Part shown: positions 11,372 through 20,631 of the stretch, one piece after another
Position numbering within the stretch: the stretch's first letter is position 1
Layout: each line of letters opens with the position of its first letter
Source of the DNA: an uncultured Flavobacterium sp.
GTDB lineage: Bacteria; Bacteroidota; Bacteroidia; Flavobacteriales; Flavobacteriaceae
DNA: 64,000 bases
Assembly: GCA_964485115.1 (NCBI GenBank)
Contig: CAZAHJ010000003.1
Span: forward strand, 3,229 to 67,228
Direction of reading: 5' to 3'
Notes under the pieces: model-generated
Database searches by the model: none
What the model saw: only the letters and a program-made list of their open reading frames with translations
Told to the model about the DNA's origin: nothing
Translations under genes and position numbers: made by a program

Positions 11372-12325
11372 TTGTTAAAAATTTATGTTTTGCTAGTTGT
11401 AGAAAATTTAAGCTTTAATTACCAAACTAATTTGGTTTTGAAAAATATCCAACTACAAGTTCCTGAAGGGACTTGTGTGGCTTTGATGGGACCAAGTGGC
11501 TGTGGCAAAAGCACTCTGTTAGAGATTATTTATGGCTTGCACGAAGTAAAGGCAAATTTGTCATGGAAAGAGCAACCAATTTTAGGCCCGGCTTATCATT
11601 TGGTGCCAGGTATGCCTTATATGAAGTATGTTTCACAACATTTTGATTTGATGCCATTTATTACCGTAGCTGAAAATGTTGGAAAATACGTCAGTAATTT
11701 GGATTGGCAGTACAAGCAGAAAAGAGTATTAGAGTTGTTACAATTGGTACACATGGAAGAATATGCCAATGTGAAAGCTAAATTACTAAGTGGTGGCCAA
11801 ATGCAACGGGTTGCTATTGCTAGAGCATTGGCTCAAATGCCAGAAGTAATTCTGTTAGATGAACCATTTAGTCATGTAGATACTGCTTTAAAAAACCAAT
11901 TGCGAAGAAATTTATTTGCTTTTTTTAAAGAAAACAACATCACTTGTGTGATTGCAACCCACGACAAAGAAGACGTGTTGCCTTTTGCAGATGAAATAAT
12001 CATACTAAATTCTGGAAATATACTTCAAAAAGGTACTCCTAAAGAAGTTTTTTATCATCCAAATACCATATCGGTTGCTTCCTTGTTTGGGGATGTACAT
12101 TTGGTACCTCTTATGTTACAAGAAAAATACCAATTACCTGAATGGATTTCTTCATACCAACTGAAATTAAGTCAAGAAGGAATAAAAGCCACTATTAAAA
12201 AAATAAATTTTCATGGCAATATCTTTCAATATTTTGTGGATATTGATGGATCAGAATTTAGTTTCTTTAGTACAAGTTCTTTTAGATTGAAGGAAAAAGT
12301 TATTCTGCAATGTAGTTATAAATAA
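11372..12325 (+). CDS. ABC transporter ATP-binding protein (PotA/FbpC-like, with C-terminal regulatory domain)
   Basis: GPSGCGKST, LSGGQMQRVAIARAL, ILLDEPFSHVD. TTG start; the exact start is uncertain (alternative TTG at 11390). No permease gene is adjacent. Confidence 0.8.
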   Translation: MLKIYVLLVVENLSFNYQTNLVLKNIQLQVPEGTCVALMGPSGCGKSTLLEIIYGLHEVKANLSWKEQPILGPAYHLVPGMPYMKYVSQHFDLMPFITVAENVGKYVSNLDWQYKQKRVLELLQLVHMEEYANVKAKLLSGGQMQRVAIARALAQMPEVILLDEPFSHVDTALKNQLRRNLFAFFKENNITCVIATHDKEDVLPFADEIIILNSGNILQKGTPKEVFYHPNTISVASLFGDVHLVPLMLQEKYQLPEWISSYQLKLSQEGIKATIKKINFHGNIFQYFVDIDGSEFSFFSTSSFRLKEKVILQCSYK

Positions 12326-12355
12326 AAAAACCCGGATCAAGCCCGGGTTAATTTT
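12324..12355. terminator. Bidirectional terminator between ABC ATPase and T9SS cargo gene
   Basis: AAAAAAA-CCCGG-ATCAAGC-CCGGG-TTAATTTT; the genes converge here. Confidence 0.7.
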
Positions 12356-12375
12356 ATCACAAAAGTATGTTAAGA

Positions 12376-14004
12376 TTACTTTTTGATGATTTTTTTCATT
12401 TGTGTTTCCTCGCCATTTTTAATCTCTACCATGTAGATTCCAGAATTTAATTCAGAAATATTGTAGTTCTCTAAAGCATTTTGGAATGATTTTACCAATC
12501 TTCCGTTTAGATCATAAACATTCACTCCAGTTACCTCTAAATTAGTTGCTTTGATATAAAATCCATCATAAACAGGAATAGGATAAATAGAAACATTGTT
12601 AAAATTGTTTTCGTCTAAATTCAAAGGAACGTTTACAAATACATCGTCTAATAGAAGTTGCCACATATCTGCAACAGAGTAGCAGTGGAATCCTAATACA
12701 TAACTTCCTGTAGTTGCAGGAGTAAATGTTCCGGTTTGGGTAGTATAGGTTTCATAGTTAATTCCATTTAATCCAGAATCCCACAAAATAGTAGTTTGTG
12801 CAGCCACCGTATTGGTAGTTCCAATCGTGGCTTTCATGCTTTCTGGATACATGGTTGGACCATCAGCACGAGCTCTAACTTTAAAAGTTACTGTATATTG
12901 AACTCCAGAATTTAATTCAATGTTTCTGGAGAACAACCAAGCGTTTGCAGCACTGGTAGCATTAAAACCATATACTGCATAGTTAGTTCCATTAGCAGCT
13001 AATCCTGCTGTACTTCCAATCCCCCAGTTGTTTCCAGTTCCTGCGTTAAATAATGTCCAACCTGGATGTAATGGATTTTCAAATCCATATTCAAAAGGAG
13101 CTTGAGCAATTGTGTGAATAACATTAACAGGAGTCCAAACACTTTTTTCACTAACGCTACATGCAGATCTAACCCAAATATAATAAGTTGTGGTATGACT
13201 TAATCCTGTTAATGCTATTGAATTAGAAGTTGTGGTTCCTGATGGTGTTGTAGATGCTGTTGGAGCAGTACTTGAAGTTGAAACAAAATATTCATAACCA
13301 TTTGCAGGAGCGGGCATGGTACCTGTAAAATTTACTGTGGCACTAGTTGTAGTTACATTGGTTGAAGTAACAGCAGATGGACTTATGCAAGAAGCTGTAA
13401 ATGCAAATCTTGTTAAAGGCCTAAAATTACTAGCAGTAGCAGCAACTGAAGTTGGCATTGCAGTAGTACTTTGTGCATTTTTTAATCCACCAACTATAGC
13501 AGTATTACAAAGAACAGCATTTGCTGAAGTTGCTAAAGCACCATTAGCATTCTCCCACTCAAAAGCAACGTAAACACCACCTCCTGTGTAAGTAAAAGGA
13601 GTTCCTCCTGTAAAATTTATATCCCAAAATCCAGTTGTAGAAGGGATAGTTGTTACAGCGTCGTGAACAAGTGTCATACCAGTAACAATATTTGTCCAAA
13701 CATCAGATGACTTTAAATAGGTTGCATCAGTAGTATTTTGTAAATAAATTTTCAAAGTTCCAGGAGTTGCTATATTTTGAGCTGTAAGAAATTCATAACC
13801 AAGGCCAACTATACCAGTGTTGTTTGGAAATCCACCATTTGTAATTTCTGTACCTGAAATAATGTAACATGTTCTTATAAATCTTTGAGTTCCTTGAGGT
13901 GCTCTTGATAAACCAGAGTTTCCAGTTGCAGGTGGCATTACAGATACAAACTGCTGTCCGTACGTAACCAAGCCTAATAATAAAAATAGTAAAGTTTTTT
14001 TCAT
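12376..14004 (-). CDS. Secreted T9SS cargo protein (FN3-like module, Thr/Ser-rich linkers, Por C-terminal sorting domain)
   Basis: Signal peptide MKKTLLFLLLGLVTYGQ. CISPSAVTSTNVTTTSATVNF...YEYFVS...YYIWVRSAC (FN3-like). The C-terminus ...VNVYDLNGRLVKSF...LNSGIYMVEIKNGEETQMKKIIKK is typical of the T9SS CTD. Confidence 0.8.
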   Translation of the reverse strand: MKKTLLFLLLGLVTYGQQFVSVMPPATGNSGLSRAPQGTQRFIRTCYIISGTEITNGGFPNNTGIVGLGYEFLTAQNIATPGTLKIYLQNTTDATYLKSSDVWTNIVTGMTLVHDAVTTIPSTTGFWDINFTGGTPFTYTGGGVYVAFEWENANGALATSANAVLCNTAIVGGLKNAQSTTAMPTSVAATASNFRPLTRFAFTASCISPSAVTSTNVTTTSATVNFTGTMPAPANGYEYFVSTSSTAPTASTTPSGTTTSNSIALTGLSHTTTYYIWVRSACSVSEKSVWTPVNVIHTIAQAPFEYGFENPLHPGWTLFNAGTGNNWGIGSTAGLAANGTNYAVYGFNATSAANAWLFSRNIELNSGVQYTVTFKVRARADGPTMYPESMKATIGTTNTVAAQTTILWDSGLNGINYETYTTQTGTFTPATTGSYVLGFHCYSVADMWQLLLDDVFVNVPLNLDENNFNNVSIYPIPVYDGFYIKATNLEVTGVNVYDLNGRLVKSFQNALENYNISELNSGIYMVEIKNGEETQMKKIIKK

Positions 14005-14092
14005 ATGATTTCAGTTTAAGTTTATACGAAATTAAATAAAAAAAGCATAGCTAAAACCTTGAATGTGTATTTTTTATATAAAATTATTTTCA

Positions 14093-16498
14093 TTAATTTT
14101 TAAGATGTTTCTCCAAAAATTGGTCTTGTTCCCAAAGTAAATGTAAAATGTTTTCTTTGGCAACGTAACTATGGCTTTCTTTAGGTAAAATAACCATCCT
14201 TACAGGAGCTCCTAAACCTTTTAATGCTTGAAAATATCTTTCGGTTTGTAAGGTAAAAGTTCCCGGGTTGTTGTCTGCCTCTCCGTGGGTTAACAACATG
14301 GGAGTTTTCATTTTGGAGGCATTCATAAAAGGCGACATGACATTGTAAATTTGCGGCACATCCCAATAGTTGCGTTGTTCACTCTGAAAACCAAACGGGG
14401 TAAGGGTTCGGTTGTATGCTCCACTTCGGGCTATACCGCAAGCAAATAAATTAGAATGAGACAACAAATTGGCTGTCATAAACGCACCATAGGAGTGTCC
14501 TCCAACACCCACTTTTTTACGGTTGATGTATCCTAATTTGTCTACTGCATCAATGGCAGCTTCGGCATTGGCAACCAATTGCTCAATAAATGTATCGTTT
14601 GGTTCTTTGTTTCCTTCCCCAACAATTGGAAATGCAGCATTGTCTAAAACGGCATATCCTCGAGTTACCCAATACACAAAAGAGCCATAGTAAGGAAAAG
14701 TAAACTCATTTGGATTAGAAGTTGTTTGTCCAGCCGTATTCTTGTCTTTGTACTCACGTGGATAAGCCCAAATAAGCAAAGGCAATTTTTCTTTTTTTGT
14801 TTTGTCGTAATTGGCAGGTAAATACAAGGTTCCAGACAGTTCTACACCGTCTTTTCTTTGGTAAGTAATCAACTCTTTATGGACTTTTTGCAAAGCTTCA
14901 AATGGGTTTTTGAAAAAAGTAATTTGTTGTAGTTTTTTGTTTTTAAAGTTTCGAATGTAGTAATTCGGATACTCGTTGGCAGATTGAATTTGCACCAAAA
15001 CTTCTCCTTTTTTAAAGTCGATGATGGCATTCAAATCTTCTTTTTTTCCAGCAATTTTAGAGGTGTATAACCTCTTTTTTGCAAATGTTTTGGTATCTAA
15101 TTCGTCAATAAATGGAAATTGTCCTTCTTTGGTAAAGCCATCTCCCATTAAATATGCTTTGCCATTTTCAATAGCAATCACATTTCTGCCAAATTCATTT
15201 TTCTTGGTTTCAAAACTTCCAGGGTCAGAGTAAATGTCTTGGTAGTTTCTGTCCATCAATATTTTAGCATTGCTGTTGTCTCCAGAAGGATTGATTACAT
15301 AAGCCTTGACATTTCTGGTATCGTACCATTGATCAGAAACGATGGCAAAATTGGCATTACCCCATTCGATCCCATTAAAACGTTGTTTGGTTTTAAAGAT
15401 GTTATTTGCAGGTTGCTTAAAAGGTGCATCCCATAAATATAAGGCATCTCTATGAGATACTTGATTTGCTTGATCCCCACCATCTAATGCTTCTACGTAA
15501 AATAAAGTAGCTGGAGCATCTGCTCTCCAAGAAATATTTCTTTTACCAGTTCTGGTAGAGGAAAATCCTTTTGGCATGATTTCATTTAAAGGTTGCTCGT
15601 GAATTACCTTTATCAAGTTGCCTTTGGTATCATAAACACTCATTTTTTGAGGAAATCTGCTGTAAGGAACTATATAGGAAAACGGTTTTTCGATGGTATT
15701 TAATAAAACATAATTTCCATCAGGTGAAAATGAAATAAAAGAATATAAATTGGAAGCTAACCAAGGTTCGGTTTTGCCAGAAATTGAAATTTTCCACAAT
15801 TCAGAAGATGCAATACTCTCAAAATTGGCTTCATCTAATTTGTTTTTCAGCAAATCTTGGTACGTTCTGTTTTGAGAAACTTTTCCATCTCCTACTGAAA
15901 TAATTGGTCCACTTGGAATACTTTTTTTGTCTTCTAAAATTTCAGGTTTGTTTTTTGGAAGCATTCGCACTAACAAATGCTCACTATCGTTGAACCAACT
16001 TACCGGATTTCCTAAGTTTGCATTCAAATTAGCCTCCGAAACTTTGGTAGCTTTGGCTTGCATTAAGTCTAAAATCCACAACTCTACTCCATTTGAAGTG
16101 GTATGTGTAAAAGCCAACTTTTTTTCATCAGGTGATATACTATAATTAGCCAATCTAGGATTGGCTGGTAAGCCAGTTACTTGGGTTTCGGTTTTGTCAG
16201 TAACTTTTCTAACTTTAATGTTGTTGTTGTAAGTTATGGTGCTTGAAATATTCGTAATAGGATTGATACGCAAACCACCTAAACGCAATTCTTCTTGGTT
16301 TAAATCGTCTAGAGTTTTGTAGGTATCCCGATAGCTTAAAATCATCCATTGCTTTTTGCTATCCATGGTTACAGTAGGGGCTCTTTCGTATTCCGCTAAA
16401 TCTAAAATTTCTTTTGGTGGTTTTTGGTAGGGTAAATTCTCTTGCGCAAAAGAAAATGTCACAAGCAATAAACAAAGTAAAAGGTTTGCTTTTTTCAT
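14093..16498 (-). CDS. S9 family serine peptidase (prolyl oligopeptidase/dipeptidyl peptidase-like), exported
   Basis: Signal peptide, an N-terminal beta-propeller-like region, nucleophile elbow GGHSYGAF, and later HGEADNN and ESHSY (Asp/His of the triad). Confidence 0.85.
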   Translation of the reverse strand: MKKANLLLCLLLVTFSFAQENLPYQKPPKEILDLAEYERAPTVTMDSKKQWMILSYRDTYKTLDDLNQEELRLGGLRINPITNISSTITYNNNIKVRKVTDKTETQVTGLPANPRLANYSISPDEKKLAFTHTTSNGVELWILDLMQAKATKVSEANLNANLGNPVSWFNDSEHLLVRMLPKNKPEILEDKKSIPSGPIISVGDGKVSQNRTYQDLLKNKLDEANFESIASSELWKISISGKTEPWLASNLYSFISFSPDGNYVLLNTIEKPFSYIVPYSRFPQKMSVYDTKGNLIKVIHEQPLNEIMPKGFSSTRTGKRNISWRADAPATLFYVEALDGGDQANQVSHRDALYLWDAPFKQPANNIFKTKQRFNGIEWGNANFAIVSDQWYDTRNVKAYVINPSGDNSNAKILMDRNYQDIYSDPGSFETKKNEFGRNVIAIENGKAYLMGDGFTKEGQFPFIDELDTKTFAKKRLYTSKIAGKKEDLNAIIDFKKGEVLVQIQSANEYPNYYIRNFKNKKLQQITFFKNPFEALQKVHKELITYQRKDGVELSGTLYLPANYDKTKKEKLPLLIWAYPREYKDKNTAGQTTSNPNEFTFPYYGSFVYWVTRGYAVLDNAAFPIVGEGNKEPNDTFIEQLVANAEAAIDAVDKLGYINRKKVGVGGHSYGAFMTANLLSHSNLFACGIARSGAYNRTLTPFGFQSEQRNYWDVPQIYNVMSPFMNASKMKTPMLLTHGEADNNPGTFTLQTERYFQALKGLGAPVRMVILPKESHSYVAKENILHLLWEQDQFLEKHLKN

Positions 16499-16571
16499 TG
16501 GTAGTAGGTTAGTATACTTTGAAGTAAAAGTAGAAAAACCTTAAAAGCAAAGTCTTAAAAAAAATAAAAAG

Positions 16572-17207
16572 TTATTCTTCTTTCACAACTATAAAAGAAG
16601 CTTTATACCCACCTGCCAAATTCCAAACATTACCAACCAAAGAGTTTCCATTTTCATCAACAATTCTAAATTCAGCAGTATTCGGACTATATATTCCTTC
16701 GTTGATGGCAATAAATTCAAATTTGTTAAAGCCAGGTTGAAGTTCTACTTCGATTGATTTGTACTCACCAGTTAAATTGACTTCCTCCATAATGACTCTC
16801 CCATTATGTAGAATTTTAATTTTATCTCCATCTACGGTTTCGTGGTCGCGACAAATCAATCGAAGAGATTTTGATTTGGTAATCACATCTCCAAAATATT
16901 GGTCTTTTTTAAAGTCTTCGTGCGATGCTCCTTCTCTTTTTGGTATTCCTGGATCAAATTTGGTTTTAGGCTTTACAAAATCGTCTTTTTGGGTCAAATC
17001 AATTTTTGATTTTTTTTCTAAATTAAAGTAGTCTTTGGTTGGCTTTTCGTCTTTTTCCCACAAATTAACCGAAGGAGTAGGAGGGGTGTTGTCAGGCAAC
17101 ACGATACCACCACCTTTGATAGGTTTACCTTTACCACCTTGGTCAATTTGGGCATGTACCCATCCGAAGGTGAATAGAAAAATAAAAAACAGACAATAGT
17201 TTCGCAT
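16572..17207 (-). CDS. Secreted protein of unknown function
   Basis: Signal peptide (FIFLFTFGWVHAQ), a Lys/Pro/Asp-rich low-complexity linker, and a roughly 100-aa C-terminal beta-rich domain. I recognise no family. Confidence 0.55.
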   Translation of the reverse strand: MRNYCLFFIFLFTFGWVHAQIDQGGKGKPIKGGGIVLPDNTPPTPSVNLWEKDEKPTKDYFNLEKKSKIDLTQKDDFVKPKTKFDPGIPKREGASHEDFKKDQYFGDVITKSKSLRLICRDHETVDGDKIKILHNGRVIMEEVNLTGEYKSIEVELQPGFNKFEFIAINEGIYSPNTAEFRIVDENGNSLVGNVWNLAGGYKASFIVVKEE

Positions 17208-17236
17208 GTATTTAGTTAATCAAAAACTATTCCAAT

Positions 17237-18646
17237 TTAAAATTTGTTTTCTACTTCTGCAGCTTGTAACATCAAATAATGCAAATCGGTATTTTTTAAA
17301 AATCCCGGCATTAAATGACTTCCTGCCCCCATCATACAAATTTCCACAAAATCAGCAGAGTGATCGGTACCAATCCATCCAACTGAATTTCTCTTTTTTT
17401 GCATTTGTGCATACGATGCAAATGGCAAGTTTTTGTAGTTGTAAATTCCTTGTTCATTGGGTTCCAATCCTTGATAGTATTTGTGTAAAGTTTGGGTTTC
17501 TTCTTTTTCTAATACAATGCCATGCACTGATTGAATTATTTCCTGAATTTGTTGTACAGAATTTTGCGGAGTAATTTGATTCAACAAGAAATCATTGGAT
17601 TGCTGGTAGCTTTGTAAACTGTCAAAATGTTCGTTGGCATTTTTTCCATACAATAAACCAGGGTTTGCATTTCCGTGGTCGGTACAAATAATCAACAAGG
17701 TATCCGGATTTTTTTCTGTAAAATCAATAGCAACTTGCAATGCTTCATCAAATGCTACTTGGTCATACAACAAACCACCAATATCATTGGCATGTGCAGC
17801 CCAATCTACCCGACCTGCTTCTACTTGCAACACAAATCCTTTGTAATGGTCTTTCATTAAATCAATTGCTTTTGCAGTCATTTCAGCCAAAGTAGGAACT
17901 TTTTCTTGTAAGTCGGTTTGGTGGTTCCAATCAACTCTGTAGGGTAAGGCATCTTGGTGAAAAACTCCTAAAACAGGTTTGGTGGTATTGGTGTTTTTTA
18001 AAGAATTTCTGTTTTGTACTACTTGGTATCCTTTTTGCGCATAGGCAGTGTATAAGTCTTTTTTGTCTTTTCTTTTTTCTGCATTAAAAAATTGGTCTCC
18101 TCCACCTAATAACACATCAAATCTTTGACTTAGATAAGTCTCTGCAATATCTTCTTGGCTGTTTCTGCTTTTGCTGTTTACCAAAAATCCAGCTGGAGTG
18201 GCATGTGTAATAGGTACGGTGGTAACGCAACCAGCTTTTTTACCTACTTTTTTAAATTTTTGCCAAATAGGAAGCAACGCTTCCCCATCTACACTCACGT
18301 TTAATGCACCATTTTTTACTCTAAATCCACTTCCCCAAGATGAACTTGCTGCAGCAGAATCAGTAACAATTGAACTGGCCGAAGCCATGTCCATCAAGCC
18401 TCTTCGCACTTTGTTTTCTCTATACAAATTCAACCAATTGGAGCCTTTGCCATACTTGCGTTGCATGTATAAATCAGACATATTTAAAGTCCCGGAACTC
18501 ATTCCGTCACTTACCATAAAAATAATGTTCTTGGCTTTTTTGTTTTTGTAGGATATAATTTCATTCGCAAATATTTGCTCAGGTAACAATAGTCCAGTTC
18601 CAATGGTAGCTAAAGTGGTATTTTTAAAAAAGGATCTTCTGTTCAT
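17237..18646 (-). CDS. Alkaline phosphatase (PhoA family), Tat-exported
   Basis: Twin-arginine signal MNRRSFFKNTTLATIGTGLLL; FMVSDGMSSG; VTDSAAASSSW; TDHGN motifs. Confidence 0.85.
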   Translation of the reverse strand: MNRRSFFKNTTLATIGTGLLLPEQIFANEIISYKNKKAKNIIFMVSDGMSSGTLNMSDLYMQRKYGKGSNWLNLYRENKVRRGLMDMASASSIVTDSAAASSSWGSGFRVKNGALNVSVDGEALLPIWQKFKKVGKKAGCVTTVPITHATPAGFLVNSKSRNSQEDIAETYLSQRFDVLLGGGDQFFNAEKRKDKKDLYTAYAQKGYQVVQNRNSLKNTNTTKPVLGVFHQDALPYRVDWNHQTDLQEKVPTLAEMTAKAIDLMKDHYKGFVLQVEAGRVDWAAHANDIGGLLYDQVAFDEALQVAIDFTEKNPDTLLIICTDHGNANPGLLYGKNANEHFDSLQSYQQSNDFLLNQITPQNSVQQIQEIIQSVHGIVLEKEETQTLHKYYQGLEPNEQGIYNYKNLPFASYAQMQKKRNSVGWIGTDHSADFVEICMMGAGSHLMPGFLKNTDLHYLMLQAAEVENKF

Positions 18647-18668
18647 ATAGATTTTTTTTCAAATGTAA

Positions 18669-18688
18669 CTGAAAACCAATGTTTTCAG
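18669..18688 (-). terminator. Possible weak terminator after the sigma factor gene
   Basis: 8-bp stem CTGAAAAC/GTTTTCAG with a 4-nt loop. Only a poor T tract follows on the minus strand. Confidence 0.3.
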
Positions 18689-18729
18689 ATTAAGAAAATA
18701 TTAAAAGTGAATATCGTTGCTTACTAGGT

Positions 18730-19281
18730 TTAAAATTTTTTATTTTGGATGATGTCGGCTAATAATTTTTTAGCTCGTAATAATTTTACTTTGATGCTAT
18801 TGAGAGGTTCTTCTAACTGTTCAGCCATATCTTGATAACTCATTTCATGAAAGTATCGAAGTTGAATGACCTCTTGATAAGCAGGTTTTAACAGTTTGAT
18901 ATAATGCAATAACTCTGAAAGATGCTGCTCGTAAATTAGGTTGTCTTCTGCCGAAGGAGTTTCATCAATGATATTGTAAGCCATTTGTTCTCTATGCTCA
19001 TTTAGTTCCACCATATTGCTTTTTCTTTTGCGTAAACTATCCAGATGTACATTTTTGGCAATGGCAATCAACCAAGTGTTGAACTGATATTCGTGGTTAT
19101 ACTGGTGGATTTTATCAAAAGCTTTCCCAAAAGTTTCTATAGTAATATCTTCCGCTTCTGTTTCGTTTTCTGTTCTGCGAAGCATAAAATGATACACTTC
19201 ATTCCAATGGGTGTCTAGTAGAGTAGTAAAACTATTTTGATCACCGTGTTTGGCTTTTTCTATGATTCGATTGGTTTCCAA
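18730..19281 (-). CDS. RNA polymerase sigma-70 family factor (ECF-type)
   Basis: Region 2 (FNTWLIAIAKNVHLDSLRKRK) and region 4 (YQEVIQLRYFHEMSYQDMAEQLEEPLNSIKVKLLRAKKLL). TTG start inside the last 22 nt of the upstream GT2 gene. Confidence 0.85.
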   Translation of the reverse strand: METNRIIEKAKHGDQNSFTTLLDTHWNEVYHFMLRRTENETEAEDITIETFGKAFDKIHQYNHEYQFNTWLIAIAKNVHLDSLRKRKSNMVELNEHREQMAYNIIDETPSAEDNLIYEQHLSELLHYIKLLKPAYQEVIQLRYFHEMSYQDMAEQLEEPLNSIKVKLLRAKKLLADIIQNKKF

Positions 19282-20393
19282 TGTAGGGGCTTTGAAGTGA
19301 GGTTTTTAAAATAGATAACTATTTGATAATAAATCAAAAATAGTTCCAAAAATGGTAAAAACCAAATCAAGTCTTTTTCACCAAATTTTTTAGCTACTTT
19401 AAAATAGATGGTGTACAAACTTATGTATCTAACCACTACCACCGGAACTCCCCACAGCCAGTTTTGTGTTAGTAATAAGAAGCCAATAGCCAACGGGAAA
19501 AATAAAAAGTTCACCAAAAAATAAAGTGATAACTTTAATTTGTCCGAAAATTTATAATGTGGTACTGTTAATAAATGTCTTCTTTTTTGATATACCCATT
19601 CGGTGTAAGTGGTTTTAGGTTCAGAGGTGGTGAAAGATTCTGGATGCAAACTCCAAGAAGTATTTTGGACAGTTGCTGCTTCGTTTACAAACAAGTCGTC
19701 ATCGCCAGTCAACACTTTTAAATGGGTTTTAAAGCCATCTAACTGAAAAAACAAATCTTTTTGGTATGCTAAGTTTCTTCCAACTCCCATGTAAGGTTTT
19801 CCTGCCATAGCCCAACCAAAGTATTGTAAAGCGGTATGAAGTGTGTCAAATCGAATGATTTTATTGAGCCATGAGCCATTGATTTTTTTGTAGGCACCGT
19901 ATCCTAAAATCAAATTCTTTTTCATGGTAAATTGGCTACTCATTTGAGTGATCCATTGGTTAGAGTTTGGAACACAGTCGGCATCGGTAAACAACAAAAA
20001 TGGATTTTTGGCTGCTTTAATTCCAAGAGTAAGTGCGTATTTTTTATTTCCCCAAAAATGTTCATTTGGAGTTACTTTTACAATTTTTAAGTGGCCATAT
20101 TGTAGGGAAAACTCTTCTAAAACCTCTAATGTATTGTCAGAACTTCGATCGTCAATTACTACTACTTCAAAAAAAGGAAAGTCTTGTTGAAGTATTGTAG
20201 GAAGATGTTTTTTTAAATTCTCGGCTTCGTTTTTTGCACATATAATCACGGATACTGCAATTCGCTTCGGAGTATTTTCAGAAACTTTTGCAAAAGATAA
20301 TCTGCGGAATACCAACCAATGATACATCAATTGGATGCTGGTTACCGCAACTAAAATATACCACAAAAAGATTAAGTAAATTTCAGGTACCAA
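19260..20393 (-). CDS. Family 2 glycosyltransferase, membrane-bound
   Basis: VSVIICAKNEA...VVVIDDRSSDNT...FTDADC (GT2 DxD region) plus N- and C-terminal TM helices. TTG start. Confidence 0.85.
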   Translation of the reverse strand: MVPEIYLIFLWYILVAVTSIQLMYHWLVFRRLSFAKVSENTPKRIAVSVIICAKNEAENLKKHLPTILQQDFPFFEVVVIDDRSSDNTLEVLEEFSLQYGHLKIVKVTPNEHFWGNKKYALTLGIKAAKNPFLLFTDADCVPNSNQWITQMSSQFTMKKNLILGYGAYKKINGSWLNKIIRFDTLHTALQYFGWAMAGKPYMGVGRNLAYQKDLFFQLDGFKTHLKVLTGDDDLFVNEAATVQNTSWSLHPESFTTSEPKTTYTEWVYQKRRHLLTVPHYKFSDKLKLSLYFLVNFLFFPLAIGFLLLTQNWLWGVPVVVVRYISLYTIYFKVAKKFGEKDLIWFLPFLELFLIYYQIVIYFKNLTSKPLHWKPIES

Positions 20394-20395
20394 GG

Positions 20396-20599
20396 CTATG
20401 AGTGAGTTGGTTCAGAGCAATCTTTCATTTGTTCCGGAGTTTTTCCACAAAAACTACAGTTTTCGCCGTCTTTATTCAAAAAAGGACTTTGGCTGGCACA
20501 AGTTCCGGCAAATTTACCGTCTTTTTTTATCCAAATTTTAATAGCTATTCCAGCAAATGCAATGGCTAATAATCCTATCGTAAGTAAGGCAAGTTTCAT
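20396..20599 (-). CDS. Small Cys-rich membrane protein (possibly NqrM/DUF539-like)
   Basis: One TM helix, then GTCASQSPFLNKDGENCSFCGKTPEQMKDC (4 Cys). A TAATTTTG box lies 17 nt upstream. Confidence 0.55.
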   Translation of the reverse strand: MKLALLTIGLLAIAFAGIAIKIWIKKDGKFAGTCASQSPFLNKDGENCSFCGKTPEQMKDCSEPTHS

Positions 20600-20616
20600 G
20601 AAATCGAATTTTGTTG

Positions 20617-20624
20617 CAAAATTA
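20617..20624 (-). promoter_or_regulatory. Candidate -7 box (TAATTTTG) for the small Cys-rich gene / GT2 / sigma run
   Basis: TAnnTTTG match 17 nt before ATG 20599. Confidence 0.4.
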
Positions 20625-20631
20625 CAAAATT

